Assembly (NCBI GenBank): GCA_951406725.2
Contig: OX597818.1
Span: 26,598,001-26,662,000 of the forward strand
Reading direction: 5' to 3'
Source of the DNA: Octopus vulgaris
Lineage: Eukaryota
DNA: 64,000 nt
A program made the translations under genes and the position numbers. Shown here in pieces: positions 39,737-52,000 of the stretch (position 1 is the first letter of the stretch; each line of letters begins with the position of its first letter). The notes below the pieces were generated by a model. It saw nothing but the letters and a program-made list of their open reading frames with translations. It did no database searches and was not told the DNA's origin.

Positions 39737-40357
39737 TACGTGGTCTGATCAATAAGTAAAAAAGCTAAAGCACGCAGAGTGAAGCCGCTTGGCACAGATT
39801 GACCTTGAACTCTGCTGTGCATGTGCACTAAGTTTTAACATTCTAGCTCACTTCCGCTGCTTACAGCATTGCTTGGAAGGAAAGTATGTAGCATGTGATT
39901 GTCACATTGACCATGACAGAGAAAGTTGAGCGGAGAATCTGCATCAAATTTTGCCAAAAGCTTGGCAATACCTGCTCAGAGGCCTACACAAAGTTTGCAA
40001 AATGTTTTCATTGATCTCAACCCACTCAAGGAGATCTTGTGCAACTGGAACCCAAGTGTCTTTTTGGTCAGTTGAAAGTAGTTTTGTCACAAACTTGGCA
40101 GACATGTGTCTCCTATCCAAATCTTCAGTGATAATTCCTCTGATAATTCATAGATGGTGATTCGACAAATTCCCCTCACAGCTGCATGCACATCTGCAAT
40201 GTTTTTCTCAGTTCTGCTGGTTGTGGATCTCCCAGAATGTTCATCAATATCGACCTCTTTTTGGCCATCTTGGAAACGTCTGAACCTCTTGTACACTTGT
40301 GTGCAGCTCATACACTCCTCTCCATACACTTCTGCAACTTTACGTAGGCCTCTGAGC
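39737..40357. mobile_element. Second copy of the foldback mariner derivative
   Basis: TA|CGTGGTCTGATCAATAAG TIR. Plus-strand MTEKVERRICIKFCQKLGNTCSEAY is fused to minus-strand RFQDGQKEVDIDEHSGRSTTSRT. Confidence 0.8.
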
Positions 40358-40405
40358 TATAATTGGTTTTCCAATTACTTTTCTGTTTGTTTGTTTGTTT
40401 CCTAG

Positions 40406-40443
40406 TGATATCTGAAGAAGGAATTTTTATTCCGAAATATCAT
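40406..40443 (+). ncRNA. Hammerhead motif truncated at its cleavage site
   Basis: CUGAAGA-A-GGAAU[UUUU]AUUCC-GAAA-UA-UC^. The 3' strand of stem I is replaced by duplicated sequence starting at 40442. Confidence 0.6.
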
Positions 40444-40748
40444 CCAGTAGCCCCCACTCTATATACCCAGGTTTTCACCACTCACTACATTCCACTCCGC
40501 CACTCACTACTCACACTTCTTTGGCAATGCCCTGCCACTTATATTATGACCTCTGTACCTCAAGGGTATGCTCTAGCACTTGCCACCATCTAGCTCTCTC
40601 TTTTTTTACTCTTTTTTTACTACATGGATGATTAAATTACAACAGTTATTACAGTCCATTGTTTTTACTATAGTGCATTGTTGTGTCATTTAAAACATTT
40701 TATTCTTTACAAACAATACACAATGCTTCAAGCAAACTACAATACTCT

Positions 40749-40791
<43 letters not shown>

Positions 40792-41301
40792 AAAAAATGA
40801 AGTTTGAAAATGCTGCTATATTAGACAAATTTTAATTTTTAACATGTTTCGGTTCTTGAAATGACGAACCTTATAAAAAAAAATTATATATAATAAAGAG
40901 AGTTCGTGCTATATGTTTAAAGAGTATGATGTAATAGTTCATAATTGTGACATATATTCAATAGAGTCAAATATAAAAAATTCATGTTCTTGAAAAAGCG
41001 AGGAGTTCATTTTAGATTTTACCTTGTGTTCCAATGGGAGCAACAGTAATGATTTTTGGTTGGTGTCTGTTCGTATAATTTTGGTGAATTTTGTGATTGT
41101 TGGGTTTATATCAGCTCAGCTCAGCTTAGCTGTGGTCACTTGCACTTTTCACTGACATCATATAGTTCCAAACCAATCAAAACCCAGTCTCAACAAATAT
41201 ATCCTGTTAGGAAACCAACCAAGCGGAACGACAGTTTGGCCATGGAAGAAATACGTCATCATTTTTTTGACGAATCGAAATTAGATCTGACCCATGACTG
41301 T

Positions 41302-41693
41302 ATCCTGTTAGGTGGCTAGTCCAGCGGAACGAGACGTCATCAATGTTTTGACCAATCATCCTGTTAGGTGGCTAGTTCAGCAGAACGAGACGTTATCAAT
41401 GTTTTGACCAATCATCCTGTTAGGTGGCTAGTCCAGCAGAACGAGACGTCATCAATGTTTTGACCAATCATCCTGTTAGGTGGCTAGTCCAGCAGAATGA
41501 GATATCATCAATGTTTTGACCAATCATCCTGTTAGGTGGCTAGTCCAGCAGAACGAGACGTCATCAATGTTTTGACCAATCATCCTGTTAGGTGGCTAGT
41601 CCAGCGGAACGAGACATCATCAGTGTTTTGACCAATCATCCTGTTAGGTGGCTAGTCCAGCAGAACAAGACGTCATCAGTTTTTTGACGAATC
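41302..41693. repeat. 56-bp minisatellite, 7 copies
   Basis: Unit ATCCTGTTAGGTGGCTAGTCCAGCAGAACGAGACGTCATCAATGTTTTGACCAATC starts at 41302, 41358, 41414, 41470, 41526, 41582 and 41638. A diverged precursor lies at ~41201. Confidence 0.97.
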
Positions 41694-42037
41694 AGGATTA
41701 GATCTGCTCGTAGAGATCTCTTTATAAATTTTTCCTTCCCTAAGTCATATCTCTGTCAGTGTGAGTGACTGTTTAAGGATCTGAGAAATTGTAATTCGCC
41801 CCACTTCCATTATTATAATTCTCTCACTGTGGCCGTAGCAACAGTGACCACGGTGGTTGTAGTAGTAGTGCGAGTTGGGGCAGTCGTAGTGGTTGTGGTA
41901 GAATTTCGTTTCTCTTTTTCGGAGGACCAATGTTTTGTTTTAATATTCCTGGCCCAGGGTGTTCAAACTTGGTCTAAATTTTTTGATGAAATAAAGTTCT
42001 TTATTTTGGCGTTGCGTGAAGGTTACGCTGTCACTGA

Positions 42038-42060
<23 letters not shown>

Positions 42061-42071
<11 letters not shown>

Positions 42072-42340
42072 ACATATAAGGGATGGCCATAATAGGACAT
42101 CCGACTCACTAGAAAGAGCCGCCAAACTCCAAACCACTAATAGTTGTAATTCTGAAATGGAAAGAGAAATAAAAACGTTTACCCTTTCCTTTCTGATTGC
42201 AGAAACTATGCATAGTCCAGAAAGGAAAGGGTAAACGTTTTTATTTCTCTTTCCATTTCAGAATTACAACTATTAGTGGTTTGGAGTTTGGCTGAGTCGG
42301 ATGTCCTATTATGGCCATCCCTTATATGTTTGAATGTATA
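42061..42340. repeat. Near-perfect hairpin (~125-135-bp arms, 22-nt loop at 42196-42217)
   Basis: TTCAAACATATAAGGGATGGCCATAATAGGACATCCGACTCA...CCCTTTCCTTTCTG is mirrored at 42218-42340. The left arm carries a 12-nt extra segment. Confidence 0.95.
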
Positions 42341-42428
42341 TTATATAGTTTTTTGACTATTTTTCCTTTGTCACTTGACCGCTGGTAGCGGAGAATTTTT
42401 CGAGAATTTTTTGCTACCCTAAAATTTA

Positions 42429-42462
<34 letters not shown>

Positions 42463-43464
42463 TATTAATTCATTTTGTAAGATTTCTGATGTGAAATTGT
42501 GTGTTAAAACAAGTATTGTTGTATTTTGGGATGGTTATTTTTTTAATTCTTTGCCAAGTAAACACATGCACTATATATTTGTTCTTCACTCATTTATTAC
42601 TGTTCTTATTTTATTATTTTAACTCATATCTATTGTCCGAAAATCTTTTGTCACACATCTGTGACCTCTTTAGTGACACTTTTCGTTTTCATGTGTGTTC
42701 TTGCTCCATTTACTCCATTCTGTTCTTCTAAGATGTGTACTCTTATGTGCATGTGTGTGTGTGTGTGTGTGTATCTGTGTGTATCTGTGTATGCTTGTGT
42801 GTGTGTCATAGTTTTTAGCAGCAGTGTGGCCTTCCCTCCACCCCATCCTCTCACCCCATTGTGCTGCTACTGTCGCCCACCACCACTTGACAACTGGTGT
42901 TGGTGTGTTTAAATCCCTTTTAACTTCAAATTTCAGCAAAAGAGACCAATAGAATAAGTACTAAGGTTAAAAAAAAGTAATGGGGTCGATTTGTTCAACT
43001 ACCAATTCTTTTCAAGGTGGTACCCCAGCGTGGCCACAGTCTAAAGATTGAAACAAATAAAAAAAAAAAAGATAAAAGATATGTTTTATAGTACATTATA
43101 GCAAAAGAAATGAAAAATTATTCTAAAATACTTGTAAAAATAGGACTGATATGTTATTGAGTAGTTATTTTCCCTTCTGTGTTTCCTTTAAGGAAGTAAG
43201 CTATGCTGAAATGTAAAATGATTTTTTTTTCAAAGCATTATGATTACACAATCAAATCTAAACAAGCTTCTGTATTACTGTGTTTAATCAGTTTAGACTT
43301 ACAGATGGACAATTCACAACAGCTGAATGTTTTAAATTCACTGTTTTGTTTTTAAAATGTTTTAAATGCTTTATATATACTGTCATGAAATATTTGATTG
43401 TGAGCTGTACAATTTTATAATTTCCTTTTACTGGAAAGATACATGCAATGATTATAAAGAGGTT

Positions 43465-43495
<31 letters not shown>

Positions 43496-43862
43496 TGGCT
43501 TATGTAACTTCTGCGACTCTGTTTAGGGCCTTTGAGGTTAGTGGGAGGAATTTATACCCTGACCAGACACCTGATATGAATACCTACTACTAAGTGGATT
43601 CTGCACGTAACACCCTTAGATCAGATAGTGATGGTAAATGTTGCAGTGAATTATATCACCCATCTAAGAATAGAAACAGTCCCTGTGATAAGCTTCCACA
43701 TACTTACTATCTACCAAATTTCCCTTACATGTCTTTGGTGAATCAGGGGCCATAGTTGAACCATGGTTGAAGGCACCTGAGATATTATGCAGTAAGATCT
43801 GCAATGCTTGGAAAGAAATTAATTGAAAACTGTCTGCTTTATATATCTATTTGCAAAATCAG

Positions 43863-43911
<49 letters not shown>

Positions 43912-44581
43912 ACAGAGATAATTATGTTGAATTTAATGTCAGTTAATATTAGTTATAGAAATACAATGAGTAGACAATGGAAACTCTCCAGTTTATAGTT
44001 AGAACAATGATAAATTTAGATCAGGCAACCACTGAAATAATGCTCTAGCATGGTCTTGATGTAATAGCAAAAACAAGATAAGATGTTATATACTGTCTCA
44101 TACTATCTTGAAAAATTGGATGTTAAAACAATGAAACTAATATCTCTTTCATATTCATGAGTACAATATAGTGATTTTTCTATGTAGGCTCAAAGCAACA
44201 AATTATGGAGAAGTGTAAAGCATCATCATTATCATCTTCATCATTGTTTTAATGACCACATTTCCATGCTTGCATAGATCAGACAGAATTTGTTGAGGTG
44301 GATATTTTTATGGTTGATTGACCTTGTCCTCAACTTTCACCTGTTTCCAAGCAAGATAATGTTTCTCCATGGCCAGACTTGATTTTCATAGAAGACTGGA
44401 AACTAACAATGTTGCTTGTTTGACAGTGATGCTTACTTACAAACCTCAATGGAGGAGCTCTTGATTTTCATTCCCCATGTATGTGTTTGCTTTCTCACTA
44501 ATAATGCTTTTTCCTATATGTGTGTGTGTGTGTATGCATAAATGTAATTCATTTCCCAAATAAATTGCACTTCATATTTGA

Positions 44582-44662
44582 GGCTCTGATGAAGCTATAA
44601 GGTGTTACTCAGGCACTCAACTATAAGTCCACTGCATCTTATGGCAGAAACATCTGTAAGTT
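44582..44662 (+). ncRNA. Hammerhead ribozyme candidate with long stem II
   Basis: GGCU-CUGAUGA-A-GCUAUAAGGUGU...GCAUCUUAUGGC-A-GAAA-CAUCUG-UA^-AGUU. 12-bp stem II including G-U pairs, near-palindromic stem III, GUA triplet. Confidence 0.7.
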
Positions 44663-44718
44663 AATGAAGTTCATAAGACAATTGTTTATTACTTTGTTAT
44701 CTCATCTTGTTATATATT

Positions 44719-45112
44719 CTCTTTACTCTCTCTTTACTCTATTACTTGTTTCAGTCATTTGACTGCTGCCATGCTGGAGCACTGCCTTTTAATCGAGCAA
44801 CTCGACCCCGGGACTTATTCTTTGTAAGCCCAGTACTTATTCTATCGGTCTCTTTTGCTGAACCGCTAAGTGACGGGGACATAAACACACCAGCATCGGT
44901 TGTCAGGCAATGCTAATGGGACAAACACACACACACACACATATATATACGACAGGCTTCTTTCAGTTTCTGTGTACCAAATCCACTCACAAGGCTTTGG
45001 TTGGCCCGAGGCTATAGTAGAAGACACTTGCCCAAGGTGCCATGCAGTGGGACTGAACCCGGAACCATGTGGTTGGTAAGCAAGCTACTTACCACACAGC
45101 CACTCCTGCACC
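44719..45112 (-). mobile_element. Dominant-family SINE, full length and young; a partial copy follows at ~45125-45265
   Basis: Reverse complement of the 79-470 family. Confidence 0.9.
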
Positions 45113-47139
45113 TATATATGTATATATGATAAGCTTCTTACAGTTTCCATCTACTACATCCACTCACAAGGCTTTGGTTGGCCCAGGGCTATAGTAGAAA
45201 ACACTTGTCCAAAGTGCCAAACAATGGGAATGAACTCAAGACCACAAGGTTGGAAAGTAAGCTTATTGACCCCAGTACTTGATTGCTTCTTATTTTAAGA
45301 CCCATCCCTCCTGGAAAGAGACGGAGTAAAAGTGATCCTGGTGGATCTGAACTCAAAATGTGAAGTGATACCACCAGGTATTTTATCAAGCAATTTTCTA
45401 ACTCTACTAGTTGACCATCCATGATTTTAATATAATAACAATACATATAGACTATAACTCTTGTTATTGTTGTTTAACCTTAGTTCAAGCCTGATCAAGC
45501 AAACCTATACTCAAAGTCAATTCATCTATGACCACCTCATTTTTTTATCTAATTTTTCAAGGTGATAGAATATGATTTGAGAGAGACCTGGCTGTTATCA
45601 CTTGTTGCTAGAGAGATCATAATGAGATTCATCTGTTGGTTTAGGAATATAACTTTTCTGAAAATGGATTGTATTCATTTATCCAGGTGCTGTAGAAAAA
45701 AATAATGCTTTTCTGAAAGTTCAGCAGTTTGATTCAAACATCGGCTTTCACTGAACTGCTTCATCAACTTCCTTTCGTTCTATTCAAAAGACAAGAATAC
45801 ATGTAAACTTGTCTACTCTCACGTTGCTATCTATTTCCGCATATGGTCATCAGCTGTATGTTGTCTCGTATGTCAATTCTTTAAACTACAATCTCCTGTT
45901 GTTTATAATATAAATTTTCAATCTTTGTCTGTGTAGTATGTTTATATGCACACACACACACATACCCACTCTTACATTCATATTCATTCATTGCTTCATT
46001 CATTCTCTCTTATTCTTTCTTGATCTTACATTCATTCCCTGTATTTTATTGTGGTAACTTATGTCTCACTCTCTGATACATACATCTACGTATATACGCA
46101 TTTTATTCCATATCTACTTTCACTCTTGACTATTTGTCTCACTCACACACATATACACATTATGGTAGCTATGTATAAACTCAGTAAATGTATGATTAAC
46201 ATGAATATCAATCCAGTATTTACTGAATCCATATTACTACATATAATCTTATTTCAAAAATCAATATAATTGTACCTTTTAACACCTCATTAAAAATATT
46301 TCTAACTTTGATTTCATTTTAAATAATTCTTCTTTTAATGTCTCATTGTGATTTTGTTTTCTGTTTGTTTTTCGCTTGTTTTATTGTGGTAACTTATGTC
46401 TTTTTTTTTTCTGTCTAATTTTGAACGTTTCTATATCACTGAAGCAAGTGTATTTTTGCAACATAATCCTTTCCCTGCTCCTAATCTCACAGCTGTTATG
46501 TAAAAGTAAAACTTGTTGACAGTTATTGAGACTGAAACAAGCAGGGATCTATGCTAAATAAGTTTTGAATTCATTGCTGTATAACCAGGAAACCAAGATC
46601 TTAACTTCTTGGTAGTACAAATGAAGGATAGTTTACATCAGCTGAAAGAAGTCAACCACCTACTACATCAAATTTAAGAGCATTTGCCTACCACTGTAAT
46701 ACTGTAATACTTGCAAAATAATCACCAGGAAAGTAAAATGTGATTTTGTGCAGCACACAGCCAACTAATTTTTTTTTCATCCCAAATTGTAGCTGGATCT
46801 TCTGCTCTCTTGCCAATAGGGTCTCCATAAACTTTGCAGAATCAGCCATCTACCAAGCCTCAACCAGCATAGCTTCCTAAGCAACACATCTTATAAATAT
46901 ATTACATTTTGTGTTTGACTACACATGTGCATGCACCACACAAACACACATATGCACACACACACACATACATACACACGAACACACATGCACACAACAA
47001 AGCACTTCCTTAACTTACTGCCTTTAATCCACTGGTTTCACTATCTTATACATTCTGTCACTAAATTTTTAAAATTTGCTATTGATTCCGGTACACAAGT
47101 GATATACCTTGACATTATCTCTTCCATTACACTCAACAA

Positions 47140-47330
47140 ATATATGTCATAGCTAGCTCCTGTCCTCACCAAACTCTTAAATCTTTCTCTCTACAGGGAA
47201 CTGTTCCAGTAAATACAAAACCAACCTATTTATCTCATTTCCAAGAACAAGATTTCTGACTCTGAATTATCAATCATCCTATTGTCCTCACTTCTAATGT
47301 CTCAACAGTTTTGGAAACAGTAATAATAAT
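47140..47330 (+). pseudogene. Decayed LINE RT fragment
   Basis: APVLTKLLNLSLSTG ... HPIVLTSNVSTVLETVI resembles the RT N-terminal NYRPISLTS region. Confidence 0.5.
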
Positions 47331-48011
47331 AACAACAACAACAACCACCTTCTTTCTTTCTTTCTTTCTCTCTCCCTCCCTCCCCCACTATGTCATAAAC
47401 CAGTAGTAATCTGCTACTGAAAATTGCTGCAAAAGTAATGTTGTTGCCCTCAACAACACCAAAACCTTCAGCATTGCCTCTCAAAAGGTCTATCTTCCTA
47501 AATCACACACTCATAAGTTACAGCCATCTCACATGAGCCAATAAGCAAACTGAGATAATGAGGCAGCCTCTCCATTCTCATTCAACCTCCTAGAAGTAGC
47601 AGCCAAATCTCTCCTTCTTGCAACACATTTAGCTAAATGTCTACACTACCTCCTTTACTACAACATGCACAACTAATGTCTCAGCATCTGTTTTCTTCTG
47701 CTACTATATCTCCATTCCTCTGAATAGCAAATCGTATACCAACTTCATTTAAACCCACTTTTTTGCCTGTTATTCTTCGTACTTTGTTACACCTCCACCC
47801 AAATCTTATATGAAACACTTTGCCCAAGCATTTCTCCTTGGAATAGAAACTCCCTGAAATACCCTTTCTATCCACATTTTATTTGTGGTCATTGATCTAT
47901 AGAAGTTTCAGATAAGCATCAACTATATCAGTCTCACCAGGCTGAGATACTCTATAAAAGCCTTGAGCACTGCCCCCTCCTCTTTTTACTGATATATTTT
48001 AAAAAGTTAAA

Positions 48012-48392
48012 ATGAGTTTGAGTCTCATGGCTGGCTGCTAACAAATTTTTCTGCAATATAAGGATGTTCTATCCTATTTATGCCATTCAGCATTACTATT
48101 ATGTGTTTGAGAATAAAATATTTCCATATCTGTATATTTCAACATACATCGTAATTTCACAAATAGCATCTATAAAAGCTATATTTATAAGTTCAAAAAT
48201 TGCAAAGGAATTTGTTAGTAGGCAGTTTAGCTTAGAGGTAAAGCACTATGAATGGTAATCACAGGGATGTGAGTTTGAGTCTCATGACTGACTGCTAACA
48301 AATTTTTCTGCAACATAAGGATGTTCTATCCTATTTATGCCATTCAGCATTATTATTATGCGTTTGAGAGTAAAATATTTCCATACCTGTAT
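48012..48392. repeat. ~125-bp direct repeat (48012-48136 and ~48269-48392)
   Basis: TGAGTTTGAGTCTCATG.CTG.CTGCTAACAAATTTTTCTGCAA...TTTCCATA.CTGTATAT occurs twice. Confidence 0.9.
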
Positions 48393-48604
48393 ATATATAT
48401 ATATAAAAGTGGGGTGGTCAAAATTTTAGATAATTCTTTATCTTCAGATAAGTTTTACACTAAAATTTTTCTGTAAAACTTGTCTGAAGGGTGCCCATCA
48501 ATGACCAAAAGTGCTAATAAAGAATTGTCCAAAATTCTGACCACCTTCTTTTTCTTACTACACAAAATTTGTACATTACTTCAAACAATCTATACATATA
48601 TCTC

Positions 48605-48935
48605 ATGGTTCCAGGTTCAGTCCCATTGCATGGTAACTTGGGCAAGTGTCTTCTACTGTAGCCTCAGGCTGACCAAAGCCTTGTGAGTAGATTTGATAGA
48701 CAGAATCTGAAAGAAGCTTATCGTGTGTGTGTGTGTATTTGTCACCCCCATCACCATTTGACAACCAGTGTTGGTGTGTTTACATCCTCTGTAACTTAGC
48801 AGTTCAGTAAAAGAGACCAATAGAATAAATACTAGGCTTAAAAAATAAATCCTGGGGTCAATTTGTTCAACTAAAATCCTTCAAGATGATGTTCCAGCAT
48901 GGCTGCAGTGAAATGACTGAAACAAGTAAAAGAAT
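48605..48935 (+). mobile_element. Dominant-family SINE, 5'-clipped
   Basis: Homology to 79-470. Confidence 0.85.
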
Positions 48936-49800
48936 AACAGAATATATACATATATATATTTGGGTCACTTTTCTCAGCTGAAAGTTTACTGGATATAACC
49001 ACTACTGCAACTGCTGCAAGCTTTTCTGCTACAATTCTTGTTGAAACATCGATTTAAAGAGATAAATAGTTAATTTAATCTATTTTGCTCATTAGCATTT
49101 TATATCCAGCCATATTAAGCAACTTAATGGCTCTCACAATTCACACTCCTTAATCAAAATTTATTCCCTTCTTCATGAAATTTCTCTTATTTCATTCTTA
49201 CATTATTTATTAACACCCATCCCACTTCACTACCATCTTTTTACTTTTGCAAGTTATTTATTTATTATCATATTGATCAAAATGCTAGATTGATTTATTT
49301 TTAAGCTATCGAAAGCACAATAATATACACATCTAATCAGGCTACAGCTATTACTAACAATTGCAGTTCTTGTCATCTTTAGTCTGATCCTTCTATTTTC
49401 TGAGTTCACATCCAATTGTGATTGACTTTGCTTTTCGTTTCTCCAGTATTTGTAAAATAAGCACTAGGTGTGTTTGCCTCCACCCAATTCCTCCTCCCTT
49501 AAAATCAGTGTTTGTTTGTTTATAGACCCATATTTTAGTGGTTCAGCAATACAGACCAATAGAAAAAAATACCAGACTTCAAAAAAAAAAAGGAAAGAAG
49601 TCCTGGGGTCAATTTATTCAGTTGAACCCCTCAAGGTGATGTTCCAGCATGACCACAGTCCAATGTACACTGGGGAAAATAACCCAATTATTTGTGCAAA
49701 CTTGTGACCTTGAACTAGAAAGAAAGAAGTCACTGTTAACATCATTATCATAACTAATATAAAGGACTATGATTTTTGTAGATGCTTAATGAAAATGAGT

Positions 49801-50027
49801 TTAAACCTTTAGCATTTAAACCAACCATACCCAGCCCTGATACTCTACCTGTTTTATGTTCAAACCTGTCAAATCCAGTTTCTCACACCCACCCTACAAA
49901 ATCATTTAAAAAATAAAGAATCATCATTGAAATCTTGAAGCTGTGAGATAATGCATGATTAATTCAAAACAATGTGAATAAATAAATATTACATTTGAAA
50001 AAGCAATCTAAATTACTAAAGGGTTAA
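49801..50027. mobile_element. piggyBac-like MITE
   Basis: TTAA-ACCTTTAGCATTT ... CTAAAGGG-TTAA. Homologous to 53502-53729 and ~31854-32073. Confidence 0.75.
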
Positions 50028-50494
50028 TCTTACCATAGCCAGAATACTGTGCTTCAGTTTGTCTGGTTGACACTATAGTTTCCATTTCAGCTTCATAGTG
50101 AAATGTTCCAGATCAAATCCCTGTTCATTTCAGTTGCCTCATCTTTCAACTAGTCATACCCATCCATCTTCTATCATTACCTATGAAGCTTGCAAGCTAT
50201 GAACAATTAATTGCCCTGAATACTGCCCCCATCACTCTATACACACCCCTCTTTTACTAGATCTATGAATAAGAAACCATACTAGTTATTTTCTCTCTCT
50301 CCTCAAACATCACCCTATCAATCATATCTCTTGTCTCACCACTTGTAATGCTTGCTTGCCAGCTGCCATCCATCACTCCCTCTCTGCTTCTTTTTCTTTC
50401 ACTATTCACCCCATGCAGATTGACCATCATCTGAATCTGAACATGCTTTCATCTCTCTGGCTTATTCCTCATGACCTCTACACCTCTCTTTCAT

Positions 50495-50568
<74 letters not shown>

Positions 50569-51158
50569 TCTGGGACCCTGCCACCCTCATCTATTTTCTT
50601 TCTTTCTTGTTCCATTCCCCTACACCTTCCATCCATACTTGCCCTTATAATGTGGGATAGCTCTGGTCCCCATCTACATAATGCACCCCATTCCTCTGTC
50701 CCTTCATTACTCATCACCCTCATTACTGTCCCTTTCTAAGTAACACCTGACCCTAATCCTTTCCTTTTCTCCTGTTATTTCAGTACCCCCACCCCCAATA
50801 GTATCTACTCTGTTTCTCTCACCACCTTGCTTCAAATCTTCACTCTTCCCTTTCTTTCTCTCTCCCTCCCTAACTCTTTCTCTCATTCTCTTTCCTATTC
50901 TCTTCAAGTTGTAAGCTCTTTAGTCTTACAAGATTCAAAGCAACCTCACTAGAGCTAGTGCCATGAAAAAAAACACTCAGTACACTCTGTAAATGGGTTT
51001 GCATTTAGGAAGAGCATGCAGCCATTGAAACTATGCCAAAACAGACATTAGTCTATGATGTAGTCGTCTGACTCATCAAATCCTGTCAAGTCATCCAGCC
51101 CATGCCAGTGAGCAAATGTTTAATGATAATGATGATGATATAGATAAATACATATATA

Positions 51159-51606
51159 GGCACAGGAGTGGCTGATTGGTAAGTAGCTAATAGGTGTAGG
51201 AATGGCTGTGTGGTAAGTGGCTGTAGGCGCAGGAGTGGCGGTGTGGTAAGTAGCTTGCTTACCAACCACATGGTTCCGGGTTCAGTCCCACTGCGTGGCA
51301 CCTTGCACAAGTGTCTTCTACTATAACCTCAGGCTGACCAAAGCCTTGTGAGTGGATTTAGTAGATGGAAACTGAAAGAAGTCCGTCATATATATATGTG
51401 TGTGTTTGTGCATCTGTGTTTGTCCCCCCACTATTGCTTGACAACCGATGTTGGTGTGTTTATGTCCCCATAACTTAGCGGTTCGGCAAAAGAGACCAAT
51501 GGAATAAGTACTAAGCTTACAAAGAATAAGTCTTGGGGTCGATTTGTTCAACTAAAGGCAGTGATCCAGCATGGCTGCAGTTAAATGACTGAAACAAAAT
51601 AAAAGA
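51159..51606 (+). mobile_element. Dominant-family SINE with triplicated 5' head
   Basis: Head starts at 51159, 51193 and 51226, then the full body and tail. Confidence 0.88.
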
Positions 51607-51644
51607 ATAATATAAAAAATTAAAATATATAAAACATAAGTAGG

Positions 51645-52000
51645 GAGGGAGTTCCAGGTAGCCAACAACCTAGGAAAGAAGAGCCCCTAAGAGCAGAGGC
51701 CATTATAGAAGCAGAGGTGACATTATAGAAGAGAGGTAACAGCAAAGCAGTGAACCAGAAGCCAGAGCATGTCTGTGAGGGAATTTATACCAAGCAGTCA
51801 GATGGCCCTTTTCTATATATGGTCTAGAGTACCTGTATGCAGCAGCACCCTCCCAGATTTGAAAGGAAGATTCGCTTCTGGACCTCTTTGAGCTTTGTAG
51901 AAAGTGAATAGCTTTTGAGGGATGAAGAATCTTCTGACCATTAACAGAAGGGTTAGTTGTTGGTATACACTCCTACTTATGTTAAATATTTGTTTTTGTT
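51645..52000 (-). pseudogene. Decayed CR1/Jockey-group LINE C-terminal fragment
   Basis: Minus-strand translation LYKAQ...LDHI*KRAI*LL...FYNGLCS...FFPRLLATWNSLP. Confidence 0.65.

Larger units (their letters stand above)
39533..40611. repeat. 170-bp direct duplication (39533-39702 and 40442-40611)
   Basis: ATCCAGTAGCCCCCACTCTATATACCC...CTCTCTCTTTTTTTACTC, near-identical copies. Confidence 0.93.

Noticed and set aside
41302-41693. Possible CRISPR array
   Set aside because: The units are contiguous 56-bp repeats with no unique spacers, the context is eukaryotic and no cas genes are present.
45735-45860. Two minus-strand (C/T)TGATGA...GAAA motifs
   Set aside because: Stems I and III cannot be formed convincingly, so these are likely chance matches.
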